A stretch of DNA of 64,000 nt, from contig NC_043006.1 in NCBI RefSeq assembly GCF_006345805.1, positions 68,448,001 through 68,512,000 of the forward strand, in the 5' to 3' direction. A program made the translations under genes and the position numbers. Shown in pieces: positions 37,930-51,810 of this stretch. The first letter of the stretch is position 1. Each line of letters starts with the position of its first letter. This DNA comes from Octopus sinensis (lineage: Eukaryota). A model generated the notes under the pieces. It was given only the letters and a program-made list of their open reading frames with translations. It was not told the origin of the DNA and made no database searches.

Positions 37930-38919
37930 TATATATATAAATATATATGTGTGTGTGTGTGTGTACATGGGTGTATAAGTATATATATATATATGTGTGT
38001 GTTTATATGGAGGTGGGTTTAGTTACCATAGTACATTGTTATATACTGTTTTACAAAAGTGTTAAATTCCTTTTATAGACTACAATAACAGAATATATTG
38101 AACTGTTCTAAAGCTATTGATTTTTAGTATTGGCAAAAGATCTGACAGTTTGGGAGAGGAGTGGTGGAGAAGATTTTATAGATGATATCAAAGTACTTCC
38201 TGAGATTACAAAGAAGTGTCTCTGTGGCTGCTAGGTCTCCTGGAAATAGCAACCAAAGGTCTCTCAAATTATACCAATTAAAAAAGGGTAATAGTAGAGC
38301 TGGGTTTCCAGCACAATAGCTGAAATATCTTTGGCCATGAAACTGTTGGATCTTGGCTGACCATAAGGGCAAGTAGCAGCTGGTCTATTTCACTGATCTA
38401 AGAAGGATGGAGGTAAAATCTTCCTTGGAAAATTAAAACTGAGAACATAAAGAGGCATAACTAATTGCCACAAAATATTTTGTTAGATATTCTTATGTTT
38501 CACCTCTGTGTATGATTGATATTTTACAGAATTCAGTAAAACAAAAGATAAAGCAACTCTCATTGGATTAGAAATGAAAACATATATAGGATGAAGAAGA
38601 ATCACTACAAGTTGGTCAATTAATAGATGTATCACATAGCCATTTAAATTACTCCCTCTCTCTTTACATACACAAATTTATGATTAGAAATGTATGCATA
38701 CATATGTAGACATAAACACACAAGTACAGAGACAAATAAGCACATATATACATGCAGAAGTAAACATGTAACCACAGATGGATACACAGCTTTTGTAGGC
38801 TGAAATTATATTAGTATCTAACAGTATATGTTCTTTGCAGATTATGCTTATGTTTTTGTGGGAATATACATACATACATACATACATACACAGGTATATG
38901 TACGTATGTGTCTGTGTAA

Positions 38920-38954
<35 letters not shown>

Positions 38955-39919
38955 ATTTCTTTTATCTTTTACAGCCTGTAGCTGCAGTCATGCAGGAGCA
39001 CCACCATATGTGTGTGTGTGTGTGTGTATACATTATATATATATATATATATATGTATACACGCATGCACACACACACATGTACATATCTATAAACTACA
39101 TACCAATGATAAATTCTGCAGTTTACATTTTTTTTTTTTGATTTTCAGACACCTTGGCTATATAATTAAAGATACCTGTAATGCTGTATATATAGCTATG
39201 CACATACATAATTATATAGAATTTCTTTAATTGCTCTGTCTCAAACACACACACAGACACACATAAATGTTTGTCCTCATCATCATCAGCATTAGCATTG
39301 TAGACAGTTCATCGATAATTATCAAGGTATGAAGTATTTTGAGGTATGGAATCAGAAGGGAATTGATCTCTTCTGCTGGTCTCTCTCATCAGTTGCTGCA
39401 GTCCAGCTGCAGGTAACATGTTCAATCTCCAGCAGTACCTTCATGCATGTCCTTGTATCCCTCTCACACACATGCATAAATGCATGCAAACACAGACATG
39501 CATAAATGCATTTAATTGCATGCACATATACATATAGATACACGTACACACACACACACATACAAATGCATGCATAGAAGTATGTTAAATAGGATGAGAA
39601 GAAATTATTTCAAGTGATGACAGTTTGAAATAAGAAGTTCAGGCTAAATGAACAAACCTTTCATTGAAGAAGTTTCTTTCAGCCAAGAAGTAACAGTTCC
39701 TGCCTCCTCCTTATGGCAAATGTACAGAGCGAAAGATCATTCACGCACACTGACACACACCACACACACATACATATATATGTACATATATGGAACCTCT
39801 CACTCCCTCTGTCTCTCTCTGGTTAGAGGGAGGGAAAGATAGGGGTACAGGTATATGTGTGCTCTTTAGTTTTCATTCCAGCACATAGCAAATTCTAAGG
39901 GAGGGATGCAAGAACGGTA

Positions 39920-40250
39920 GTGTGTGTGTGATGGTGACAGTGAGAAGAGGGGGCTTTAGTAGCTGTGTGGTTGTTAGATGTGGTGGTAATAGTTATTATT
40001 ATTGTAGAAGAACGGTTAATGTGGTAGTAGTAGTAGCAGCAGCAGCAATGAAAATGGTAGTTGAAGTAATAGTAGTAGTATTACTAGAAATGACAGTAAG
40101 TGGTGGTGGTTGTTTTATGATGGTGATGGTTGAGATAGTAGCATTAGTAGTACTGGTAGTGGTTGTGATAATGGTAGTTGAGATAGCAGTAGTACTGACA
40201 GTGGTGGTGGTGGTGATTGAGGTAGTGGTTGAAGTTGTAGTTCAATTGCA
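39920..40250. repeat. Degenerate (GTA/GTG/GCA)n tract
   Basis: Source of the poly-Val ORF 39922..40254. Confidence 0.85.
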
Positions 40251-40332
40251 ATAATAATGTCAGTTTGGAATTGACTGGTGATAAAACAAGGATATAAGCA
40301 TTACTAGGATAGTGGGTGGTTAGGATATTATT

Positions 40333-40391
<59 letters not shown>

Positions 40392-40829
40392 ATATATATG
40401 ATATAAAAGTATGCTGGAAGATGTGACATGTAGCCAAAGTTTTGGATTCAGTAGAAAATTCCTCACTCCACTCTTATATTCAGTGCATTTAGGTGAAGTC
40501 CATCATAGGCCAGCTTGTAGAATTTGAGCTACATTATAGTAATAATATACACAGAAAACATAATTGGTATTTTGAACATTATAAAGCATAAACTTGTTTC
40601 AGTAAACTGATTGTCAGTATGACACATGACGGTTAGCAATGTTGCATAATGCAACCAATGTACTTCCTCTGCATTCTTAGTGGAAAATACAGAAATGTAT
40701 GCCTTCATATATTTCAGCAATGTAAACTATGTTTAATATCATTGGTATGACATATTAGAAGGAAACAAAGTGTGAAGAAATAAGAAGATGTAAAGAGTAG
40801 ATGTTCAATGATATACAATGGCTACTTAA

Positions 40830-41048
40830 CCCTTTAGTATTTAAACCGGCCATATCTGGCCAAAATATTTAATCTGTTTTATGTTCAAACTGACCAGATC
40901 CAGGCCCTCACATTTACCCTACAATGTTATTCTACATTGAGTAATTACACCATCAAGATCTTGAAGATATGAGATAATGCATGATTAATTCAAGTCAATG
41001 GGAATCAATAAGCATTATGTTTGATAGAATAATCTGAACACTAAAGGG
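40830..41048. mobile_element. piggyBac-like MITE with intact TTAA TSD
   Basis: TTAA(40826-40829)|CCCTTTAG ... CTAAAGGG|TTAA(41049-41052). Confidence 0.88.
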
Positions 41049-41886
41049 TTAAGGTGAAGATATTTGAACCTGATAGCATAAAACTGCCACAGAGACCATC
41101 CTGTTTCATTTTCTAAGATGTGTCACTGACTAGTTGCTAGTATTGTAATTGTTATCATTGAGCCTGCTTCACTTCAGAGTTATTTAATTTTTCTCTTTCT
41201 ACTTTAGTATGTGTATAAGTATGTAGTTGTGAGTGTGCGTGTTTGTCTACCCAATTATGTATGTAAAGGGGACATGACTATGATCACTTCTCTCATTGAC
41301 CATCTATTTATATTCTCTTATTACAACACAGTTACCCTCTATTCTAACATACCAAAGATATTGAATATAATTTATACTTCGTATTTTCACTGAAAATATT
41401 GAGGAAGTGTGTCAAGTGTAGTACATAACTTGGCCAATTGTTTCGTGTAATAACTGCGATTGGTTTGATGAAACACATGTACATTTTATAAAACTTGAAA
41501 TAAAACAATTATGTTTTATATATATATATATATATATACTCCATTGATTCATGTTATTAGCAGTTCCTGGATCTGAACTGTCATCAGTTTGAAAACATAC
41601 ATTCATAATAAAATCAAGTTTAATGTGTAGATTCTGTTAAATTTTGAAAATTAAATGTATTTTAGTAAACATTATCTTTATAAACATTCAATTTGTATAC
41701 AAATTTTTTGGAAACACTACACACACATGTATATGTATAGAGTAAATAGGTATGATCCAGGGATCCATGTGTAGGAAGTCAGTAAGTTTCAAGCATTTAT
41801 GCAGCTACTGCATGTGACAAAAAAAATGGACAATATATGATAAAAACATGTTTAGTAGCCTGTTCCATCCCTTGTTTTTGTGACAA

Positions 41887-41918
<32 letters not shown>

Positions 41919-41919
41919 G

Positions 41920-42292
41920 TTCTTTTATTTATTTGTCATTTGACTGTGGCCATGCTGGAGCACCACCTTTAGTTGCACAAATCGACCCCAGGACTTATTC
42001 TTTGTAAGCCTAGTACTTATTCTATCAGTCTCTTTTGCCAAACCACTAAGTTATGGGGATGTAAACATGCCAACATTAGTTGTCAAGCGATGGTGGGGGG
42101 ACAGACACAGACACACACACATATGTATATATATACAATGGGCTTCTTTCAGTTTCCATCAACCAAATCTACTCACAAGGCTTTGGTCAGCCCGAGGCTA
42201 CAATAGAAGACACTTGCCCAAGGTGTCACACAGTGGGACTGAACCCAGAGCCATGTAGTTGGTAAGTAAGTTACTTACCACACAGCCACTCC
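41920..42292 (-). mobile_element. SINE family A copy
   Basis: Well-preserved homolog of family A. Confidence 0.88.
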
Positions 42293-42295
42293 ACA

Positions 42296-42331
<36 letters not shown>

Positions 42332-42334
<3 letters not shown>

Positions 42335-42543
42335 CTATAAAATAATATGTTACATTACTCGATAGTCAAGATAGAACTCTGAGTTTCAGATGCCGAAGTG
42401 GGAATCCACAACGCCATCTCTTTGGTTATCTGGCTATTTAGCCAGATAACCGAAGAGATGGCGTTGTGGATTCCCACTTCGGCATCTGAAACTCAGAGTT
42501 CTATCTTGACTATCGAGTAATGTAACATATTATTTTATAGATA
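42332..42543. repeat. Near-perfect palindrome, 105-bp arms, 2-nt spacer (fold-back family shared with 13350-13700)
   Basis: 42332-42436 is the reverse complement of 42439-42543, with one mismatch. A one-sided extension to about 42597 matches the flank of the 13.3-kb element. Confidence 0.93.
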
Positions 42544-42607
42544 AATTTCCTCTATTTACATAATATTGAGTTCTCTTTCTTTCTTTTGTTATCTTACCGT
42601 TTTACCA

Positions 42608-42665
<58 letters not shown>

Positions 42666-44100
42666 ATATATATATGCAGCCTTTTGGCTTGCCAGATCAT
42701 GTCAAATTGTCCAACCCATGTCAGCATGGAAAATGGACATTGGATGATGATGATGATAAGGAGGATAATGATGATGGTATACACACATACAAATCTACGA
42801 TGTACAAAGCTTCTCTTGTAAATACACAAAATGATAAAGATAATGTATGTCAGTGTGTGTGTGTGTGTATGTATGTGGGTCAGTGTGTGTATGTGCATAT
42901 GTATGTGGGTCAGTATATGTATGTGTGTTTGTGGGTCAGTGTATGTATATATGTATGTATATGTTTGTCTGTTATGGTTGCTGTTACTGAATGAGATACA
43001 AATGACAGCAGATAAGCACCAGCACCACCATTATCATAAACTATCATAGTAACCCCACCCCCACTACCCCACCTAAAGACAGTATCTCAACTGGAGCATA
43101 GATGGAGGAACAGAAGGATGAAGATGCAACAAATGTTGGTGAGGGGGGGCATGGAGAGGAATAGAAACCATTTGTCAGAATTCTTAGAGACAACAACAAC
43201 AACAACAACAATGGTAAAGTCTGTGATGGGTAGAAGGCACATAAGGGTTGTAGTGGTGGTGGTGGTGGCATGAAGGAGGATAGAGAAAGGGAGCCTATCT
43301 ATCAGAAATGTAAATCTGAAAGATAAAAATAGATTAGTATTAGCTGTTGTGATGGTGACGGTGGTGGTGGTGGTGAGAGTAAGGAATGTGTAAGAAGGAT
43401 GTGGAGAGAAATGGAAAGGAAGGGAGCCATGGTGATGGTGATGATGCCTGCCTTCCCAGAATAGTGTTCAGCTGTAATGTTACTGACAGTTCTAGTTTGA
43501 CAACAGACATCATCATCATCATCATCATCATCAAGGAGTCAGTGACAAGGGACTCTCAGGGATGGGTGGGTGAGGGGAGGATATAGAGAAGCCGGATCTT
43601 CATAGTCATAGTCAGCTGGTTCGCTGGAAATAGCAATGAAATATTCCTCATAGTATGTGCTACTGTCTTAAAAAAGAAAGGTCACATTAGATAATGTAGT
43701 CCTAGTTACACTGTTTGGGGACAAAGGTATGCTGGTTCTAGCTGGAAAAGAATGGACTAAAACCAAGAGCTTCTGTGGCTACTTGACCTGCCAGAAATAA
43801 CAGCTAAATCTCATAATCATGATCTACTGTCAGTAAAAAACAATGATGCAGTGGGTAGTATAGTTCCAGCCGTACTATATTTGGATGTTCACAATTGGCA
43901 TACCTTTAATTATAGATCTGTTGAATAAGCGCTAACCTGGGGCTAAACGGCAATCTCAAAGATCCTCATCACCCACTGAACAAAAGATCTGTTGATTCCT
44001 TGTTTCTTTGACAGTCAATAAAGGACCAGTGCCAATGATAAAATTGGTCCTTCACTGTCAGTCTCTACTGTAGAACATCAAGAACTAGATATGTCGACAT

Positions 44101-44309
44101 CAGGGGGCATAGCTAGGGTGGGGCAAGCAGAGCACATGCCCTGGATGCAACTCTGAGGGATGGGGGCGGGCGCAATTTTGATCAAAATCATTTTCTAATT
44201 AATCCATTAATAAAACCAGTTATTCATTTTTTCTATGCTTTTTAACTTTTTGGTGGGGGTGAAATTATGATGCTTGCCCTGGATGCCATTTACCCTAGCT
44301 ACACCCCTG
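44101..44309. mobile_element. hAT-type MITE
   Basis: TIRs CAGGGGGCATAGCTAGGGT / ACCCTAGCTACACCCCTG; 8-bp TSD GTCGACAT / GTCTACAT. Confidence 0.88.
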
Positions 44310-44384
44310 GTCTACATTTCTATGTCTAGAATCCTCAATACAGAACCTCTACAAGTAATATAATGGTTTCCGTATACTTTATTG

Positions 44385-44740
44385 TTTATCTTTTATTTAC
44401 TTCAGTCATTGGACTGTGGCCATGCCAGAGCACTATCTTAAAGAGTTTAGTCAAATAAACTGACTCCAGTACTCATTTTTTTTTAAAGTCTGACACTTAC
44501 TCTACTTTCTGTTGTTGAATTGCTCAGATGTAAACAAACTAACAGCAGTTGTCAAGTGGTGGCAGAGAACACACACATCTGCGCACGCATGCACACACAC
44601 ACATACACCAGGTTTCTTTCAGTTTCCTCTTCTAAATTCATTGACAAGGACTTGGTTACCCAAGGCTGGTGCCATGCAGTGGAACTGAACCTGAAACCAT
44701 GTGGTTGGGAAAAAAACCTAACCACACAGCCATGCCTGCA
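44385..44740 (-). mobile_element. SINE family A copy (degenerate)
   Basis: Homologous to family A. Confidence 0.75.
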
Positions 44741-45199
44741 TCTATATCCATCTTGCCATTAAAGGATCAATAATCTATTTCACCTTGGTGTTGTTAAGCT
44801 TATAATCAAAGCTGGCATTTTGTACAATACAAGATGTAATAATGTTACGATCTAATGGTTGTGAGTTTGTTCACCTATTGATAACAAATTGATAAACTAT
44901 ATTGGGTCTGGATTTAATAGGGAGAGGCAGGGAGGGAGAGATAAATGGCTGGAGAATAGGAGAGGATGCATGGAAGACAGTGAGGTAGGAAGTTTGAGAG
45001 ACATAAATAGATAGGAAAGAGGAGGGTAAATAAACAAGGATGAGAATTAGTGTTGTAAAAACTAACACATTAGTTCTCTCAAGAAAACCATCTTGGTGAA
45101 CTCTGTATGTTAGTGGAACATCACTGAGACAAGTGGAGAAGTCTAAGTATAGGAAACAGAAGGCTGAGACAGAAACAAAAAGGATGCCAACAATATATC

Positions 45200-45500
45200 A
45201 TTATCATCATAATCATCATCATTGTTTAACGTCTGCTTTCCATGCTGGCATGGGTTGGACGGTTTGACTGAGGACTGGTGAGCCAGAGGCTGCACCAGGC
45301 TCGATCTGATCTGGCAAAGTTTCTACAGCTGGATGCCCTTCCTAACGCCAACCACTCCGAGAGTGTAGTGGCTGCTTTTATGTGCCACTGGCACAAAGGC
45401 CAGTCAGGTGGTTCTGGCAATGACCATGCTCAAAAGGTGTTTTTATGTGCTACTTGCATGGGAGCCAGTCTGGCAGCACTGGCAACAACCACACTCGATA
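45200..45500 (-). mobile_element. SINE family C copy
   Basis: (CAT)n tail, GGATGCCCTTCCTAACGCCAACC core and two TGCCAC-type modules. Confidence 0.85.
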
Positions 45501-46989
45501 CATACACACACGTGTGTATGTATGTGTGGGTGTGTATGACTGGGTAGGTGTCTAGCCTCTGGCCAACAAATGCCATGCAAGTGGAATTGGTAGATGGAAG
45601 CTGAAAGAAATCCATCATCTATGTGTGTGTGTGTGTGTGTACGTATATGTCATATGTGTGTATGCATCAGTTGGAAATGAGTATTATTGTCACACAAGCA
45701 TTGTCATTCATTTCCAACATTCTGTGAAAACATGTCCAACCATAAGGAGATATTACCTTCCTTGGAAACATGCAAGGGTTGGGAACAGGATGGGTATCCA
45801 GCTGTAGAGAATCTGCTTCAATAAACTGTCCAATCCATGCAAGCATGGAAAAGGGACACTGAAGTAATGATGACGATGATGATATATACATACAGTCATA
45901 TATATATATATATAGCGAGAGAGAGAGCGAGCTATGATGATAGATGAATAGTTGCAAAGTTAGCTGTCTAGACAGTCATAGATAGACAGTTGAATAAATA
46001 GATAGGGGACCAATATCTACAGTCGCAAGCAACCGTTGTGCACCCTTCCTCTGTCCTGAATTGAAGGCTTCAACTGACATAACAACAACATCTGGTTCAT
46101 TTGTTTGTAATAAATTAATAAGAGTGGAGGGGACAGTGGGTCAGGTGGGGGAGGGGTTCAGGAGGGAGTTTACTACAGCTGAAGGGTCTGTGTGGGACAT
46201 ATTCACACTCCACATGTGTGTATACATACACACAGCAGGAAGTAAATGGTAAATATACACCCTGCTTGTCACCTCCACCCCTAACATATGACAGAGTTTA
46301 TTGGGGTATGTCTGAAAGTAGACATTGTTAACTAAATAAGGACATGGAAAGAAGTGTGAAGGGTGGGGAAGGGAATAGAAAGGGTAGGACATGCACATAT
46401 GTGCAACACAGACTGTGCACCATACATTCAACTAATGCATGTCTGTCTGTGTATGTAAGTGTGTGTGATTATATATGTATGCTGTGCACTATGTCACAGC
46501 GCATTGCTTGTGACATACTTTCACTATGATATTCTCTATGTTATGCCAAAAGTTGTCAATTTGACAAATCTTATCCCCCTCCTTATACAAGTGAAATTTT
46601 TTGTCACTTCCCCCTTTATAAATGAGAAAATAAAATAGAGTTGGCATCCATAAAAATTCTTTCTTCTTTGCAATAGTGTTGGACAAGTGTAAAAAAGTTG
46701 GAAACCCTTGGCTTAATTTTATTAAACACGGCAATTTGTCCAACTCCTTTCCAAACATTATGACCCTTATCTACCACTGTGAGAAAAACTATATTATGTC
46801 TTGATGTACTCTATAGTCGCAATTCACTGATGTCTGATATATCCCAACTGTAATACTTATCTATGTCATTCTTACATGTTCTAAGCATTGGAGAGGGTTA
46901 CATGGATTGAAACTGATTCATATGTTAAGATCAGTCTTAAATATATAATGGAGAACTCATCCCACCAAAAAAACAGCTGTATAGAGATC

Positions 46990-47255
46990 ACCTGCTTGTT
47001 TCCACCATTATAAGAGCAAAGCACTTTTGCTTTGCAGGACGTTACTGGTGAGCTAAACAGGAGCTGGCAAGTGACCTGCGGCTATGGATGCCACAGTATG
47101 GCAGTACTTGAGCAGGTCGTATGAACACAACATATACAGTTCAACTCACCAGAGACACTGGATGCCATCCTGAAGACCTCCCTCAACTAATGTAGGACTG
47201 AGATGGATAGTGTGTATGGGTTAAAAATGTCCAAGCAAGCTTCACCAGGTGATGG
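46990..47255 (+). mobile_element. Decayed RTE-clade LINE 3' end
   Basis: Reads FAGRYW*AKQELASDLRLWMPQYGST*AGR..TTY..QLTRDTGCHPEDLPQLM*D*DG*, matching the RTE ORF C-terminus (FAGHCWR...GRP...D...W). Confidence 0.8.
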
Positions 47256-47712
47256 TGAAGGCTGTACAACAAAAAACCAAGGCAATCAACAACAAACATA
47301 ACCATCAAAGGTGACCAAGCTACACAGCCATTAAAACTGATCCAAGTTGTACAACTCACACACCCAGATCAAGTGTTTCGAATAAGAATAACTGGGGTCT
47401 GGTCATCTGTCTTTCGATGATTGACATCTTGTGAATATAATAAATTTTTAAGAGAAATTGCAGCAGCATTTATGAGAAATAAAAGTTAAGTTAGTGATCA
47501 TGCAGAGAATGTCCCTGAGATAATTTCTCTAATTTATTTATAAAAATATGCTAATTATTCATGATCATCATGATCACCATCATTATTTAATGTCTGTTTT
47601 CCATGCTGGTATGGGTTGGAAAGTTTGACAGGAGCTGACCAGCTGAAAGGCTGTTCAGGCTCCTTGTCTGTTTTGTCATGGTTTCTATGGCTGGATGCCC
47701 TTTCTATCTGTG

Positions 47713-47752
47713 TTTCACTGATGAGGCTAAATAAGACTGAAATGTTCCTGGA
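47713..47752 (+). ncRNA. Candidate minimal type I hammerhead ribozyme relic (Penelope pseudo-LTR-like fragment, about 47705-47850)
   Basis: TTCA-CTGATGA-GGCT AAATA AGACT-GAAA-TGT-TC-C-TGGA: intact CUGAUGA and GAAA cores, stem I UUCA/UGGA, imperfect stem II, near-palindromic AA(C>T)GTT at stem III. The fragment interrupts a SINE C copy and ends in (TA)n. Confidence 0.45.
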
Positions 47753-47844
47753 TTGTCTCTTGAATAAGAAGCATAGTATTAGTATTTAATATTGTTTCTT
47801 CCTTGAGTATATTTATATCTAATTAACATAGTTAATGTTCAATG

Positions 47845-47906
<62 letters not shown>

Positions 47907-48051
47907 ACGAAAGGAACAGCTTCCTAGATTCTTAGCCAATTGCCAAGGTTGGAAACTTAGTCTAGATTTTTTCACCAGTTCTATCCTATAGTTCTAGGCT
48001 TTTGCACTTAGAAATTTATGAGAGTCAACTGTCTCTCTCTCTCAATTTCTT

Positions 48052-48093
<42 letters not shown>

Positions 48094-49591
48094 GTACACA
48101 TACACACACACACGTGCACACACACACACATGTGCACACACACACACACACATACACGCACACATGTACATACACATACTTGCTAAATGCTATTCGCTGT
48201 ATTTCATCAGTTATAGTCATTGTTTCATAGAAAGGTTGTTGGCTTGTCTCTTTTTGACAGGGTGGTCAATAGTCGTTTAATGAGAATGTCTAATCAAGTA
48301 AGGCTGACATAATGAGGAACTTTGAGTGGTACCTGGTTCAGAACCACAGCAGAACTAAACAACACTCATGTTATTAGCCACCTCACAATGGAATCTCACT
48401 CAAGCTGCAGAAAATGAAAACCAAATATCCCTCAAATCACACAGTTTAAGAAAAATTTAAAAAAGGACACATGGAGTGATGTAGTCCTAGAGACACTATT
48501 CCAAGTAAAAAAAAAAAAAAGGAGTGTTTTCAAGGATGGAATTTCATTGAGCTTGTATTTTCTGGTGGATTGGGGGCGGCAAAAAATTAAGCAACAAGCA
48601 GAAAAAAAACTGCATTGATGGTGTCTGGAAGTGAGTAGAGTGTCTTGTTTAAGAACATTATATACTGCTTACAGTGGGATATGAACTTTGAATCTACAGC
48701 TTTACTTTAGTTTATGGAATGGTGCAATGTCTGGCATACATATATATATATATATATATAAATAGTGGTGGTGGTAGTAGTAGTGTGAAATAATGGTTGA
48801 GTGTTAATGACGATGAAGAAGAATGGTACAATATCTGCAAAAGATACATGTGATAATGAGTGTGTGTGTGTGTGTGTGTGTACATCTGAAAAATATGCTG
48901 AAGTCATATTGTGTCCATGTGTAGAATAGCGTAGCAACATTTGTGCATGCGTATATGTATGTAAGTATTGGTTGTATATGTATGGTGTTATAAATGCATG
49001 TTGTGATTGTGTGTGTGTGTGTGTTGATGCATGTTTCTGCTTAGAAAGTGAAATCTATATTAAGGTAAAGTCCACATATGGCAGTATTTGTTATCACAAC
49101 TTGTGCAGCTTGTATTATACTAGGACACACACAAACATACACCCACCCACACACATACACATATATATATATATAAATACATACACACACATATATATAT
49201 ATACATACACACACACAGCTTATACACATATCTCATTGCATAATATAGACATATAGTATGTATACTTACTAAACTAAACATATGTACAACCTATATACAA
49301 ACATTATGCTCACCAAAGAATACAGAAATACAGCCTACACACACACAGAATTTTTGTCTACACACATACACACATAAGCAGACAGACACACACACATGTA
49401 TATACACCACAAACTAACATTATGAAAGACGGAAACATGGAATATGACAGAGAAACCTTCTTTCTTCCTTGAATGTTGATTGAAATAACAGGAGAGGGGA
49501 AATGTAGGATGTTTTACAGGGATCACACACACACACACACACACACACACATCAAAAGCGTGTGTATGTGATGTTCATTACATACACACAT

Positions 49592-49630
<39 letters not shown>

Positions 49631-51469
49631 GTTGTGTGTGTAACCCTCCATACATGCACAATGATTGCCAGTCATATGTACTGACAGATATAGTCACATG
49701 AATAGAGAGGGTTACACACACACACACACAAACGTGTGTGCAACTTTTACAGTATGCATAAAAACATACAAGTGCACATACACACACACTTATACATATA
49801 CATACATACATACATACATACACATAACAATACAGGGTGTGTAAAGTACAGATGTCCACAGTACACTGAGACCCCCACTATGCACACACACACACATATA
49901 CATAGACATAAATACATTAAACATACAACATAACATTATAGGTTGACATTATACACATAATATAACAGTTTTCAGGAGTAACGCATGCACGCACACACAC
50001 ACAGTTATCATTGTGTAACCCTCCATACATGCACAAGGTCAGCCCTGGTCAAATAGACCCATGATTAAAGACACTCTAGCCATGACTACCCTGTCTGTTT
50101 CAACAAATCCCACAGTATATCATGAAATGTATTTTCCTTTTGTTTTAGTATTTGATGTGAGAGAGAATTAGCTGCTGTTTCTAGCAACCATTAGAGCTAA
50201 GTCTATCTTGCTCAACATAAATTCTGTCTCAGTCACTACTTGGCCACCAGCTTATGAGAAAGTCCCTTGTAATGGCTTGACCTGATACAAAATAGCAGCT
50301 AAATCTTCCTTAACTCGCACCTTACTACCTTAAAAATGGAACACATACAATCCTTAGTTTATTAGGGTCTACCTGATCAACACGACCTGTGGCTAAATAA
50401 AAACACTCTCACTTTCATATACAGACACAATTTAACAATTTAGAAACATGGTTCTGTGTAAAAGATTCTATAATTTAATTTACCTTACTTTTAAACAACA
50501 CAGATATCAATCAAAATACATAACTCACACACGTTGTTGTGTATTGTTGTTGTGTATTGTTGTTGTGTGGACATGTGTATGTATGGATTGTTGTGTTATG
50601 TGGATACAAGTATGTGTGTGTGCATGTGCACTTGTATGTTTTTATACATACTGTAAATGTTGCACAGACACACACACACATTCCAAAATGGAACCGCACA
50701 TGGACTTCTTTTTCTCTGGGACTTTCCTCTGTCTCCTGTTACTGAAGAAGAGTTTTGCTTGAAATGTAAAACACCCTTTCTTTCCTTCTCTGAGCGTCTT
50801 ATTAATACTTTGCATGTACCACGTCCTCGCGTTGTTGTTTTTTGCATGTTGTTCTTTTTTTCTCCATTTTCTGATTAATTACATATATATATATATATAC
50901 ATACACACACAAACACAAGCACACAGTCTGTCGGTCTGCCTGCCTGCAAGTCTGTCTAACAAGCTATCCATACCTACATATACATATATGCGTTTGTGTG
51001 TGTATGTGTGTGTGCACATGTGTTTTTGTGTGTGTATATAAAGTAATTATAAAGTTAATAATTACAGCTCCTAACACATTAATCTGTGGGAACATAAGGG
51101 TTTTTGATTGAACTGAAGGTGAATGAAATGTAAATTGATTGAAATCCCTGTATTTGTAGTAAGGTTCATATAGGGGTTACCGATAGCCTACTTCATGGTC
51201 CAACTGCGATGGAAGTGTTCTGATAGGACTAATTCAAATGCTAACTGCATCGGCAACCATCATCTTGTTGCAACTAAAGTTAAATTAAATCTTAAAACCA
51301 AGCAACAAATTGAAACTCCCAAGTACATAAGAATATAATGCTGAAATTGTTTTTAAAATCCTGTGATTTTAACAAGTTTGGGCAACGTGAAGTAGAATAT
51401 GATTGAAGAAGAACAACATACTGGCAAAGGAAAGAAATATGATTGAAGTGGATATCAGAGAAGATAAAC

Positions 51470-51810
51470 TTCATCATCATCATCATCATCATCATTTAAC
51501 ATCCGTTGCCCATGCTGGCATATGTTGGATGGTTCAACCAGGCTGGCATGCTGGAAGGCTGCATCAGATTCCAGTCTGATTTGGCATGGTTTTCTATGGC
51601 TGGATGCCCTTCCTAACACTGGGGTGCTTTTATGTGCCACCGACACAGGTGCCAATTTGCGTGACACAGGTAACTGCCATGAGTGTGATTTTGCTCGGTT
51701 TGATGAGTCAAGCACGACATAATGCCGAAGGTCTCGGTCATTGCCTCCATGAGGCCCAATGTTCGAAAAGAATTCAGCCACTTTGCCTTCATGAGGCCCA
51801 ACACCTAAAA
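51470..51810 (-). mobile_element. SINE family C copy with GAGGCCCAA modules
   Basis: Homologous to 59699-60220. Confidence 0.82.

Noticed and set aside
46540-46800. ORF 46489..46758 and an alternative frame after a tttttctcacag acceptor
   Set aside because: No recognisable domain or donor; the frame terminates.
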